Positions 1 to 9,275 of a DNA stretch of 64,000 nt are shown in pieces. The stretch covers positions 653,871-717,870 of the forward strand of contig BPIQ01000001.1 in NCBI GenBank assembly GCA_026004195.1, written 5' to 3'. The stretch comes from Candidatus Binatia bacterium (lineage in GTDB: Bacteria > Desulfobacterota > Binatia > HRBIN30 > BPIQ01). Made by a program: the position numbers and the translations under genes. Position 1 is the stretch's first letter. The number at the start of each line of letters is the position of its first letter. The notes under the pieces are model-generated. The model saw nothing but the letters and a program-made list of their open reading frames with translations, ran no database searches and was not told the DNA's origin.

Positions 1-2
1 CT

Positions 3-1106
3 CACAACGGAAACCTGGTCAACGCGATCGAGCTGCGAGAGGAGCTCGAACGCCGGGGCTCGATCTTCCAGTCTTCCGTCGACTCGGAGGTCATCATCCA
101 CCTGATCGCTTCGACACCGGGAGCGAACCTGGTGGAACGGGTGGCGACCGCGCTCTCGCAGGTCCGGGGTGCCTACTCGCTCCTCTTTCTGACGGAGCGG
201 GAACTCCTCGCGGCCCGCGACCCCTACGGTTTCCGCCCGCTCGTCCTCGGGAAAATCGGGGACGCCGTCGTCCTGGCCTCGGAGACCTGCGCCCTCGACC
301 TGATCGGGGCGGAATACGTGCGCGAGATCGACCCCGGCGAGATCCTCCTCGTCGACCGCTCGGGCCTCCGCTCTTTCCGTCCGTTTCCTCCCGTCCGGCG
401 GAGGCAGTGCATTTTCGAGTACGTGTACTTCGCACGCCCGGACAGCGTCGTGTTCGGCCGCAACGTGTACGAGGTGAGAAAGGCTCTCGGGCGACAGCTC
501 GCCCGAGAACGACCCGTGGAGGCGGACGTGGTCGTTCCCGTGCCCGATTCGGGCGTTCCCGCGGCTCTCGGCTACGCCCAGGAGTCCGGCATCCCGTTCG
601 AACTCGGGCTCATCCGAAACCACTACGTCGGCCGCACGTTCATCGAACCGCGGCAGTCCATCCGCCACTTCGGGGTCCGGGTGAAGCTCAACGCTCAACC
701 GGACGTCCTCTCGGGCAAGCGGGTCGTGGTGGTCGACGATTCCATCGTGCGGGGAACGACCTGCCAGAAACTCGTCACCATGCTCCGCGGAGCCGGAGCC
801 AAGGAGGTGCACATGCGGGTGAGCTCGCCTCCGACGATCGGCCCCTGTTACTACGGCATCGACACGCCGAGCAGGGAAGAGCTCATCGCTTCCACGCACT
901 CCATCGAGGAAATCCGGCGCTTCATCGGGGCCGACAGCCTGGGGTACCTGAGCGAAGAAGGGCTCTACGCGTTCCTCGACCCGGGAAACCGGCAGGAAGG
1001 GTTCTGCGCCGCCTGCTTTACCGGCGACTACCCCGTGGCCTTCACGGACCGTGGGCGGGTACGCCAGCTCGTCCTCTTCGAGGCGAACGACGGCGAAAGG
1101 AACTGA
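3..1106 (+). CDS. purF: amidophosphoribosyltransferase, 5'-truncated at window edge
   Basis: Frame-3 translation from position 3 reads [15 protein letters not shown]... and runs into ORF 132..1106. PRTase motif [13 protein letters not shown] and the PurF C-terminal tail are present. The N-terminal glutaminase domain lies outside the window. Confidence 0.9.
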   Translation, partial: HNGNLVNAIELREELERRGSIFQSSVDSEVIIHLIASTPGANLVERVATALSQVRGAYSLLFLTERELLAARDPYGFRPLVLGKIGDAVVLASETCALDLIGAEYVREIDPGEILLVDRSGLRSFRPFPPVRRRQCIFEYVYFARPDSVVFGRNVYEVRKALGRQLARERPVEADVVVPVPDSGVPAALGYAQESGIPFELGLIRNHYVGRTFIEPRQSIRHFGVRVKLNAQPDVLSGKRVVVVDDSIVRGTTCQKLVTMLRGAGAKEVHMRVSSPPTIGPCYYGIDTPSREELIASTHSIEEIRRFIGADSLGYLSEEGLYAFLDPGNRQEGFCAACFTGDYPVAFTDRGRVRQLVLFEANDGERN

Positions 1107-1109
1107 GCT

Positions 1110-2270
1110 TCACTCCTCGATCCGGAGACGGAGCGTCTTGGGATCGATCCGCAGCGCGGCTTTGCCTTCGAGGAGACGCCGCAGCTTGCGGCCCGCCACG
1201 TCGTAGCGCCACCCGCGCAGCAGCGGGACGTCGGCCGAAGCCTCCGACCCGAAGCACTCGAGGAACTTCCGGAGATCCGCCGTCGTGGCGACCAGAGCCG
1301 GGGCGACACGCGCCTCCGAGGCGCAGAGCCGCAGCGTCGCCTGCAGCACCTCGAGCACGCCCGGGACGCGGATCTCGCCGGGCTCCGAGACCGCGGGCCA
1401 CTCCTCGGCCGGAAGCCTCGCGCCCCGGCGGACGGCCTCGAGGACGGGCTTGGCGTAGCGCCGAAGACTCCGCGAGAGGGAAGGACGGAATTGCCCGAGC
1501 GACTCCGGCTTCTCCGGAGCCCGGCGGGCTATCTCCACGAGGATTTCGTCGCTCAGGATCGCCTGCCTCGGCTTGTTCGTCCTCCTGGCTTCCTCCTCGC
1601 GCCACGCGGCGAGCTCGCGGAGAATCGCCAGGTTCCGCTTCCTGAGCCCGCCGCGGCCTCGCACCCGGAGGTACGCTTCCCCGGCCGGCGGCAGCGCCTG
1701 GAGCGAACGATCGACGAGAGCGTCGAACTCTTCGCGGACCCACTCTTCCCTGCCGAGCTCGCGGAGCTCCGCGAGAAGTTTCTCCCTGAGCGGCAGAAGG
1801 TAACGCACGTCCGCGTGAGCGTAAGCGAGCTGCGCCGGCGAAAGAGGCCTGCGGGACCAGTCCGTCAGGGTTTCGGTTTTCTCCAGCCGCGTGTGAAGCA
1901 ACCGCTCGACCAGGGAAGCGTAACCCGGCTGGTAACCGAGGCCCACCATCGCGGCCGCGATCTGGGTGTCGAAGACGGGAGCGGGGACTTTCCCCGAAAG
2001 CCGGTAGAGGATCTCGAGGTCCTGCTGCCCCGCGTGCAGGACCTTCTCGATCTTCGGATCGTGCAGCACCTCGAAAAGCGGGCCGGGATCTCCCACGGCT
2101 CGACAGTCGACGACCGCCGTGCCCTCGCGCGTCGAGACCTGCACGAGCTCGAGCACGGGCGTGTAGGTTCGTTCTCCGACGAACTCGGTATCGAGGCCGA
2201 TCGCCGGCTCGCGTCGCAGCCGCCGGGCCAGCTCTTCGAGCCCGCGGGCGTCGTCGACGAAAAGCTCCAC
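1110..2270 (-). CDS. rnd: ribonuclease D (DEDDy 3'-5' exonuclease + HRDC)
   Basis: C-terminal 386 aa of minus ORF 1110..3131 (VELFVDDARG...IGLDTEF...HAGQQDLEIL... HRDC-like tail). The upstream 290 aa of that ORF is low-complexity antisense of lgt. GTG start chosen at 2268-2270 after GGAAGG. Start is approximate. Confidence 0.8.
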   Translation of the reverse strand: MELFVDDARGLEELARRLRREPAIGLDTEFVGERTYTPVLELVQVSTREGTAVVDCRAVGDPGPLFEVLHDPKIEKVLHAGQQDLEILYRLSGKVPAPVFDTQIAAAMVGLGYQPGYASLVERLLHTRLEKTETLTDWSRRPLSPAQLAYAHADVRYLLPLREKLLAELRELGREEWVREEFDALVDRSLQALPPAGEAYLRVRGRGGLRKRNLAILRELAAWREEEARRTNKPRQAILSDEILVEIARRAPEKPESLGQFRPSLSRSLRRYAKPVLEAVRRGARLPAEEWPAVSEPGEIRVPGVLEVLQATLRLCASEARVAPALVATTADLRKFLECFGSEASADVPLLRGWRYDVAGRKLRRLLEGKAALRIDPKTLRLRIEE

Positions 2271-2333
2271 CCTTCCGATCCTTCGCGCGCGACGGAGTTT
2301 CTGTACCTTCCGGCCGTGGTATAGTCGAGCCGC

Positions 2334-3095
2334 ATGGCCCCGGTGCTTTTCCGGCTTTGGGGGTTCGAGGTCGAGAGCTTCTGGGTCTTCGTGTTCCTCG
2401 GATTCGCCGCGGCGACCTGGGCGGGCTACGGGGAACTTCGCAGGCACGGACTCGACCCGAGCCTCGTCTACGACCTGGTGCTCTACGCCTACGTGGGAGG
2501 GCTCGTGGGCGCGAGGCTCTTCCTGGTGTTCACCGAGTGGGACGTCGTGCGGACCGATCCCTGGAATTTCCTGCTCTCGGGAAGCGGCTGGGTCTGGCAG
2601 GGAGGGCTTTTGGGGGGCACGCTCGCCGTCCTCTTCGCCGTCCGGAGGCTCGGCCTGCCGCCCGTCGCCGTGGCCGACGCAGCGGGACTCGCCCTGCCTC
2701 TCGGACAGGCCGTAGGACGAATCGGCTGCCAGCTCGCGGGCGACGGAGACTACGGCGTCCCGTCGGACCTCCCCTGGGCGATGAGCTACCCTCGGGGAGT
2801 CGTGCCGACGTTCGAGCGGGTCCATCCTACCCCGATCTACGAATCCCTGGGCCTGTTTTTCCTGTTCCTCTGGCTCCGGCGGCGGCGCGGCCGCGAGCCG
2901 GCCGGTGCCCTTTTCGGGTGGTATCTGGTCGGGTCGGGAATCCTGCGCTGGCTCGTCGAGTTCGTTCGCCGCAACCCGGCCGTCTTCCTGGGGTGGACTC
3001 TGGCGCAGTGGCTGAGCCTGCTCTCGGTCGGCGTCGGGCTTCTCTGGCTCTCGTGGGTCCGCGCGGCGGGCAACGTGCGAGCCGCCGATCGTTGA
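2334..3095 (+). CDS. lgt: prolipoprotein diacylglyceryl transferase
   Basis: 253-aa polytopic membrane protein. Blocks GARLFLVF, GRIGCQLAGDGDYG and LPWAMSYP resemble the Lgt signature region. Divergent from rnd. Confidence 0.8.
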   Translation: MAPVLFRLWGFEVESFWVFVFLGFAAATWAGYGELRRHGLDPSLVYDLVLYAYVGGLVGARLFLVFTEWDVVRTDPWNFLLSGSGWVWQGGLLGGTLAVLFAVRRLGLPPVAVADAAGLALPLGQAVGRIGCQLAGDGDYGVPSDLPWAMSYPRGVVPTFERVHPTPIYESLGLFFLFLWLRRRRGREPAGALFGWYLVGSGILRWLVEFVRRNPAVFLGWTLAQWLSLLSVGVGLLWLSWVRAAGNVRAADR

Positions 3096-3178
3096 TTTTA
3101 CGGCGGACCGAGAGCGAAAAACTCCCGGCACCGGTCCCGCGGAAAGGGCACGAAATTTGATGCCCTCCCCGCGGCGGA

Positions 3179-3598
3179 ATGCTCGCGAGGAAAAGACAGG
3201 GACATCCGCAAAGCGGGTTCACGATCGTGGAGCTCATGGTGAACCTCACGATGGTGGCGATCCTCTTCACCATCGCGCTGTCGGTCTACGACCATTATCG
3301 CAAGCGCGCCTACGAAGCCGCGGCGATCCACTACATGCGCTCGTGGGTTCCCGCGCAGGAACTCTACCTGCAGACCTTCGGTCACTATGCGGACGCGGAC
3401 GAGCAGCTCCAGACCGACCTCGGCGTCGTGCGAGTGCCCACGAACATTCCCTACACGTTCTCCATCGACAGCACGAGCCAGGAGACCGAGCGCTGGTGGG
3501 GACGCGGGCACCCGAGGCAGAGCGGCCTGCGCTACTTCTACATCGACGAGACGGGTGTGGTCCTGTCCTCGCTCTCGGGACCACCTACCCCGCCGTGA
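3179..3598 (+). CDS. type IV pilin-like protein (prepilin-type N-terminal cleavage/methylation domain)
   Basis: Short basic leader MLARKRQGHPQSG, then FTIVELMVNLTMVAILFTIAL, a class III signal peptide with G|FTxxE. 139 aa. Local GC is lower than the surroundings. Confidence 0.75.
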   Translation: MLARKRQGHPQSGFTIVELMVNLTMVAILFTIALSVYDHYRKRAYEAAAIHYMRSWVPAQELYLQTFGHYADADEQLQTDLGVVRVPTNIPYTFSIDSTSQETERWWGRGHPRQSGLRYFYIDETGVVLSSLSGPPTPP

Positions 3599-3599
3599 T

Positions 3600-4160
3600 T
3601 CAGCGTACCAATGCCTGGATGGCCTTGAACTCGGGCGTGCCGGCCCTCCGGAGCCACTCGAAGCACGCCATCTCGACCGAGCTCGGCACGGCTCCGGACC
3701 CGAGCATCTTTTCCCATCCCGCCCGGAGGTCGTGCTCGAAACGGGAGGAAATGGCGTCGCAGGGTACGTGCACGGCGTAACCCCGAGCGAGCAGGTCGTG
3801 CACGGTCTGGTTGACGCAGGCGTGCGCCTCGATGCCGCAGACCACCACCTGCTTGCGGCCCGTTTTGCGGAGCTCCTCGACGAACCGGGGCTCGCCACAG
3901 CAGCTCAGGGAGAGCTTGGCGATGGGCTCCGTGCCCTCGGGCAGGGCGCGGCGAATCTCGGGAACGAGAGGCCCCAGACCCTTCGGGTACTGCTCGGTGG
4001 CGAGCACGGGGATGCCGAGCGTTCTGGCGGCCTCGACGAGGATACGCACTCCCCTTTCCATCCGGTCGTGCCGCAGTGTCTTGCCCCGGTACGCCTCCTG
4101 TACGTCGACCACGACCAGGACGCTCGCGTCGCGGTCGAGAACCCGTTCGTGGCTCGCCAT
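3600..4160 (-). CDS. isochorismatase-family cysteine hydrolase
   Basis: 186 aa with VLVVVDVQEAY...VVVCGIEAHACV, the isochorismatase fold signature. Convergent with the pilin gene with a 1-bp gap. Confidence 0.8.
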   Translation of the reverse strand: MASHERVLDRDASVLVVVDVQEAYRGKTLRHDRMERGVRILVEAARTLGIPVLATEQYPKGLGPLVPEIRRALPEGTEPIAKLSLSCCGEPRFVEELRKTGRKQVVVCGIEAHACVNQTVHDLLARGYAVHVPCDAISSRFEHDLRAGWEKMLGSGAVPSSVEMACFEWLRRAGTPEFKAIQALVR

Positions 4161-4170
4161 ACGTCGCCCG

Positions 4171-4791
4171 TCAACGCGTCACGACCCGGATCCGCGGAGG
4201 CCGGACGTGGGGCAACCCGCGGGCGAGAAACGGGTGGAGGTGCGGCGCGATTCCCGGATGGTGGCGCGGCGGGAAAAAGCGCTCCCGGAAGACGAACGGC
4301 GCCTCCCTGTCGAGGGCGAACTGCTCCTGCAGGAGGAGGCGCAGCGTCAAGTGCCGGGAGCGCCCCCGGTCGAAGGAAGTCGTGACCAAGGGCTCGACGA
4401 AGACCGGCACGTGCGAAGGAGGCGCGACCGCCAGGTTCGACACCCGGAGCCGCAGGTCGACGCCGCGAGTCTCCGCCGCCAGCCGCTCGGCCACGAGAAG
4501 CCCCTCGAGCCAGCCCTGCACGTAGGCCCGCTCGATCCTCTCCGGGTCGAGCGGCGCGGCCGCGGCCGGAACGGGCCCCGGCGCGGGAGGTTCGTGCGCG
4601 GCTTCGGGAGCCGGGCGTTTCCCCGGCGGTTTTTCCTCGACGACGAGTCGAACCGTCTCTCGGCGGTCTTCGGGCACCGCCTCGACGGAATTCGTGTAGT
4701 GCCTCACGCCCTGTGCGTCCCGCCACTCGTAAATGTGGGCGTTCGCCACCGTAACGCAGAGCAGGACGAGCAGGGCGAACCCGACCGCCAT
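4171..4791 (-). CDS. secreted DUF4124-domain protein
   Basis: Signal peptide MAVGFALLVLLCVTVANA followed by HIYEWRDAQGVRHYTN, the DUF4124 core, and a Pro/Ala-rich tail. Confidence 0.65.
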   Translation of the reverse strand: MAVGFALLVLLCVTVANAHIYEWRDAQGVRHYTNSVEAVPEDRRETVRLVVEEKPPGKRPAPEAAHEPPAPGPVPAAAAPLDPERIERAYVQGWLEGLLVAERLAAETRGVDLRLRVSNLAVAPPSHVPVFVEPLVTTSFDRGRSRHLTLRLLLQEQFALDREAPFVFRERFFPPRHHPGIAPHLHPFLARGLPHVRPPRIRVVTR

Positions 4792-4882
4792 CGGCGGCGA
4801 TGATACTCGTCACCAGAGGGCAGGGCAACCCGCAACGCCCGGGAGTGGACCGAAAGAGCGCGATCGGCTATGGGCTTGGGCC

Positions 4883-5383
4883 ATGGCCAGAGGCCCTTGT
4901 GTGCTCGCTTCGGACGCGCCCTTGCTGGCACCGGAGGGCCCTCTGCCCGTCGGCAAGCTCGTCGGGAAGACCGTCCCCGTCCTCGGGCGGGGACCGAACG
5001 GCAGGCTCCGCTTCCACCTCGTGGGCGAGATACGACTCGTCGCGGAATCCGCGCCGGTGTGGAAGGTCGCCCTCGAGAACGGACGCTTTTTTCGGGCGGG
5101 ATCCGAGCAGGTGGTGTTCGACCCCGAAGAGAAGCCCGTGCGACTTTCCGACGTGCGCCCCGGAGCCGACCTCTTTCCCGCTTACGCCTATCCGCGAGGA
5201 TACCGCTACCGCACGGACGAAGGGGAGGAAAAGATATCGACCGGCGGTATTCGCGTCGTGGAAATCGGACCCGACGGCAGCGCCCCCGTCTACGCGGTGA
5301 GGCTTCGGACGGGCGACCGGTTCTTCCTGGATTGCGGCATCCTCTGCGCAGCGGAGCCACCCTCCGGCGGCCACGAGGAGTGA
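4883..5383 (+). CDS. hypothetical protein with degenerate Hint (Hedgehog/intein)-like features
   Basis: In-frame ATG of ORF 4733..5383. It begins MARGPCVLASDAPLLAPEGPLPVGKL (Hint_2-like Cys start) and ends ...VYAVRLRTGDRFFLDCGIL, resembling the VYDLxVEGDHTFF..HN block but without His-Asn. It lies 8 bp upstream of an acyl-CoA dehydrogenase. It overlaps a long antisense ORF that I reject. Confidence 0.35.
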   Translation: MARGPCVLASDAPLLAPEGPLPVGKLVGKTVPVLGRGPNGRLRFHLVGEIRLVAESAPVWKVALENGRFFRAGSEQVVFDPEEKPVRLSDVRPGADLFPAYAYPRGYRYRTDEGEEKISTGGIRVVEIGPDGSAPVYAVRLRTGDRFFLDCGILCAAEPPSGGHEE

Positions 5384-5390
5384 CGGACCC

Positions 5391-6575
5391 GTGGAAAGAA
5401 CGTCCCTCGATCGATTCCGGGAGGAATTGCGGCGGTGGCTCGAGGCCAACATCCCCGACGACCTGCGTCCGGAGCGGGCCGCCCTGCTCCCCGAAAACGA
5501 ACGGGTGGTGCGGTTGCGGGCCTGGCAAAAAAAACTCGCCGAGGCCCGCTGGGTCGGAATCACCTGGCCGCCCGAGTACGGAGGGCGCGGAGCTTCGATC
5601 GCGGAGCAGATCGTCTACACGCAGGAAATGGCGCGTGCCGACGCGCCCGAAATCATCGGAAGTCTCGGCATCGGCATCCTGGGCCCGCCGCTGCTGGCCT
5701 ACGGCACGGAGGAACAGAAGCGCCGGTTCGCCCGCCGGATCCTGACGGCCGAGGATCTCTGGTGCTTCGGTTTTTCCGAACCCTCGGCCGGATCGGACCT
5801 GGCATCGCTGCGTACGCGAGCGGTCCTGGAAGGCGACGTCTTCGTGGTCTCCGGACACAAGATCTGGACCACGCTCGCCCACCACGCCGACTGGTGCATG
5901 CTCCTCTGTCGAACGGACCCCGAGTCGCACCGCAAAGAAGGGATTTCCTGTCTCCTCGTCGACATGCGGAGCCCCGGCATCACGGTACGCCCGCTCCGGC
6001 AAATGAGCGGCGAGGCGGAGTTCAACGAAATCTTTTTCGACGAGGTTCGGGTGCCCCGGGAAAATCTTCTCGGCGAGCTGCACAAGGGCTGGAAAGTCGC
6101 GACCTCGGCCCTGCAGAACGAACGGGGCATCCTGTACGTGGTCGAGATGCAGATCCTGCTCGCCAAGACACGGAACCGGCTCCTCGAGCTCGCCAGGGAA
6201 CGCGGGAAGGCGGGAGACCTCGTCGTTCGGCAAGCGCTGGCCGACCTGTACACCGGAGTGGAGACGTTCCGCAACACGTGCCAGAGGATCCTGAACCGGC
6301 TCCTGAGGATGGAGATGCCCGGACCCGAAGCGTCGATCGTCAAGCTCCACTGGTCGGAGTTGACGCAGGCGATGGCACGAACGGCCATGGAGCTCCTGGG
6401 AACCGAGGGGCTTCTCTACCGCACGCCGGAGCCCGGCGGCGAGCGGCCGGCACCCGAGCAGTGGGTGCAGCGGGCGTTTCTCAATTCCCCCGCTGCCACC
6501 ATAGCCTCGGGCACGTCGGAAATTCTGCGGGGGATCATCGCCATGCAGGTACTCGGGCTGCCGAGAGGGAGCTAG
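5391..6575 (+). CDS. acyl-CoA dehydrogenase
   Basis: 394 aa. Has the ACAD N-terminal, middle and C-terminal domains (GFSEPSAGSDLASL, WTT, C-terminal GTSEILRGIIA). Confidence 0.9.
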   Translation: MERTSLDRFREELRRWLEANIPDDLRPERAALLPENERVVRLRAWQKKLAEARWVGITWPPEYGGRGASIAEQIVYTQEMARADAPEIIGSLGIGILGPPLLAYGTEEQKRRFARRILTAEDLWCFGFSEPSAGSDLASLRTRAVLEGDVFVVSGHKIWTTLAHHADWCMLLCRTDPESHRKEGISCLLVDMRSPGITVRPLRQMSGEAEFNEIFFDEVRVPRENLLGELHKGWKVATSALQNERGILYVVEMQILLAKTRNRLLELARERGKAGDLVVRQALADLYTGVETFRNTCQRILNRLLRMEMPGPEASIVKLHWSELTQAMARTAMELLGTEGLLYRTPEPGGERPAPEQWVQRAFLNSPAATIASGTSEILRGIIAMQVLGLPRGS

Positions 6576-6644
6576 AGCGCCGGAAGCTGCCGCCGGCCTC
6601 CTCGGTCGCGACACGGGACGGCGGCGGAAAAAGGAGGAGTACAC

Positions 6645-7940
6645 ATGGAACTTCGCAAGGTGGCCATCCTCGGGGCCAACGGAACCATGGGGGCCGGGAG
6701 CGCGGAAGTTTTCGCCGCGGGTGGCTGCGAAGTCTTCCTGCTCGCCCGCTCGCGGGATCGTGCCCTCGAAGGGGTGCGGGTCGCGCAGAACCTGGCGAAG
6801 TCCGAGAGGATCGCCGACCGCATGCAGGTGGGGAGCTACGACGAGGACTTCGAGAAGGCCGTGGGCTCGGCGGACCTCGTCTTCGAGGCTCTGGCGGAGG
6901 ACCTGCAGTTGAAAAGTCTCTTCTTCGAGAGGGTGGACGCCTGTCGGAGGCCCGATTCGGTCGTGGCGACGGTGTCGTCGGGACTTTCCATCGCTCGCAT
7001 GGCGAGCGGCCGTAGCGAAAGCTTCCAGAGACACTTTCTCGGCATTCACCTCTTCAACCCGCCGAACGTCATCGTCGGAACGGAAGTGATCCCCCACGGC
7101 GGAACGGATCCCGAGCTCGTGCGCGAACTCGTCCCCCTGCTCGAGCGCCGGTTCGGCCGGAAAGTCGTCGTCTGCCGAGACAAGCCGGCCTTTTGCGGGA
7201 ACCGGGTCGGTTTCAAGGTCCTCAACGAGGTGGCCCAGCTCGCCGGCCGCCACGGCGTCGCCTTCCTCGACTACCTGATCGGACCCCACACGGGCAGGGC
7301 GATGCCGCCGCTCGCCACGGTGGACCTCGTCGGGTGGGACGTCCACAAGGCGATCGTGGACAACGTCTACGAGCTCGTACGGGACGAAGCCCACGAGGCC
7401 TTCCGGCTTCCCGACTACATGGCGCGGCTCGTCGACGAGGGGCGGCTCGGCAACAAGACGCCGGACCGGGGCGGCTTCTACAAGCGCGTCCAGAAGGACG
7501 GGCGCCGCGTCGAACTCTGTCTGGACCCGTCCACGGGCGAGTACCACGAGCCGCGGGTCGAAAAAATCCCCTTCGTCGAACGCATGAAAGAGCTGCACCA
7601 CGTCGGAAAATACCGCGACGCCTGGCGGGAGTTCGCCTCGGCGACGGGTCCCGAGGCGGAACTCGCGCACCGGGTCGTTCTCGGTTACGTGAGCTATGCT
7701 CTCCACCGCGTCGGACCCGACGAGGTCGTGGACCACGCTCGGGACGTGGACCGGATCATGGCGTTCGGATTCAACTGGGCCCCTCCCACGGTCCTCGTGG
7801 ACCTCCTCGGCCTCCGGGAGACCTGGAATTTGCTCGATCGCTACGGCCTGCCCGTCCCGCCCCTGCTCCGCGAGGCCCGTCCGGGAGAGAGGCTCTACCA
7901 GGAGAGGAGCGGGAACATCGGCCGGTTTTTCGCCGGCTGA
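6645..7940 (+). CDS. 3-hydroxyacyl-CoA dehydrogenase (NAD-binding + C-terminal domains)
   Basis: 431 aa. VAILGANGTMGAGSA Rossmann motif and the HADH C-terminal domain. Confidence 0.85.
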   Translation: MELRKVAILGANGTMGAGSAEVFAAGGCEVFLLARSRDRALEGVRVAQNLAKSERIADRMQVGSYDEDFEKAVGSADLVFEALAEDLQLKSLFFERVDACRRPDSVVATVSSGLSIARMASGRSESFQRHFLGIHLFNPPNVIVGTEVIPHGGTDPELVRELVPLLERRFGRKVVVCRDKPAFCGNRVGFKVLNEVAQLAGRHGVAFLDYLIGPHTGRAMPPLATVDLVGWDVHKAIVDNVYELVRDEAHEAFRLPDYMARLVDEGRLGNKTPDRGGFYKRVQKDGRRVELCLDPSTGEYHEPRVEKIPFVERMKELHHVGKYRDAWREFASATGPEAELAHRVVLGYVSYALHRVGPDEVVDHARDVDRIMAFGFNWAPPTVLVDLLGLRETWNLLDRYGLPVPPLLREARPGERLYQERSGNIGRFFAG

Positions 7941-8011
7941 AGACGGCGCTTGCCCCGGCGGCGCCCGAGGTGGTAGCTTCGGACGAGATTCCGGCGACAC
8001 GAGGAGGAACG

Positions 8012-9241
8012 ATGGCGAGACCGGTTTACGTCCTCGGGGGGTACCAGACGGACTTTGCACGCAACTGGAAAAAGGAAAACAAGCACATCGTCGCGATGAT
8101 CCGCGAAGCGGTCGAGGAGGGACTCGCGGCCACGGGCCTCGAACCCGGGGACATCCAGGTGGGCCACGTCGGCAACTTCGCGGCCGAACTCTACACGATG
8201 CAGGGGCACCTCGGCGCGTTTCTGGTCGACGTGGATCCGGCCTTCTCCGGCCTCCCGACGGCGCGCCACGAGGCGGCTTGCGCCTCGGGTAGCATCGCCA
8301 TCCTCGCGGCCTCGGCGGAGATCGAAGCGGGCCGGTACGACTGCTCGCTCGTCGTGGGCGTCGAGCAGATGAAGACGGTCGATCCCGCCCGGGGCGGCGA
8401 TTTTCTCGGAACCGCCGCCTGGTACGAACGCGAAGCGAAAGGGATCGAGTTCCCGTTCCCGAAGCTCTTCGGCCGACTCGGCGACGAGTACGACCGGCGC
8501 TACGGCCTCAAGGACGAGCACCTGGCCCGCATCTCCGCCGTCAACTACTCCAACGCCAAGCGCAACCCGAACGCCCAGACCCGCACCTGGTACATGACCG
8601 AGGACCACGCACGCTGCGTCGGCAAGTTCAACACCGTGATCGGCGGCCGCATCAAGGTTTCCGACTGCTCGCAGGTGACCGACGGTGCCGTCTCCCTTTT
8701 CCTCGCCTCGGAACGGTTCGCCGCCGAGTACGCGAAGCGCCGGGGGCTCGCGCTCGAGAAGATCCCGCGGATCCTGGGCTGGGGGCACAGGACGGCGCCG
8801 ATCGAGTTCTCGGCCAAGATCGAGGAAAGCAAGAACAACCCGTACGTCCTGCCGCACACACGGCAAGCCATCCTCGACGCTTTCCGCCGTGCGGGCCTAC
8901 CGGACGTGTGGGCGGTCGACGCCATCGAGACGCACGACTGCTTCACGACCTCCGAGTACATGGCCATCGACCACTTCGGCATCACGGCACCGGGCGAATC
9001 CTGGAAGGCCATCGAGGACGGCACGATCGAGCTCGGCGGCAAGATGCCGATCAACCCGAGTGGCGGTCTGATCGGATGCGGCCACCCGGTCGGCGCGACG
9101 GGCGTGCGGCAGGTCCTCGACGCCTACCTCCAGGTCACCGGGCAAGCCGGGGAGTACCAGGTCGAGGGTGCGCGTCGCGTGGCCACGCTCAACATCGGGG
9201 GGAGCGGGACGACCAGCGTTTCTTTCGTCGTCGGCTTCTAG
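8012..9241 (+). CDS. thiolase-family protein (acetyl-CoA acetyltransferase/SCP-x-like)
   Basis: ATG at 8012 after GAGGAGG. MARPVYVLGGYQTDF... with CASGS active-site region and C-terminal GHPVGATG. Confidence 0.85.
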   Translation: MARPVYVLGGYQTDFARNWKKENKHIVAMIREAVEEGLAATGLEPGDIQVGHVGNFAAELYTMQGHLGAFLVDVDPAFSGLPTARHEAACASGSIAILAASAEIEAGRYDCSLVVGVEQMKTVDPARGGDFLGTAAWYEREAKGIEFPFPKLFGRLGDEYDRRYGLKDEHLARISAVNYSNAKRNPNAQTRTWYMTEDHARCVGKFNTVIGGRIKVSDCSQVTDGAVSLFLASERFAAEYAKRRGLALEKIPRILGWGHRTAPIEFSAKIEESKNNPYVLPHTRQAILDAFRRAGLPDVWAVDAIETHDCFTTSEYMAIDHFGITAPGESWKAIEDGTIELGGKMPINPSGGLIGCGHPVGATGVRQVLDAYLQVTGQAGEYQVEGARRVATLNIGGSGTTSVSFVVGF

Positions 9242-9275
9242 CCGCCGGGCGTCTCCGGTCGGTCCAGGCCTCTCC

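Noticed and set aside
1110-3131. 673-aa minus ORF
   Set aside because: Only the C-terminal 386 aa is RNase D. The N-terminal 290 aa is antisense to lgt and low-complexity.
4704-8060. 1118-aa minus-strand ORF spanning the β-oxidation operon
   Set aside because: Its low-complexity Arg/Gly/Pro composition is typical of an antisense open frame in 70% GC DNA. It is fully overlapped by three plus-strand genes with clear family signatures.
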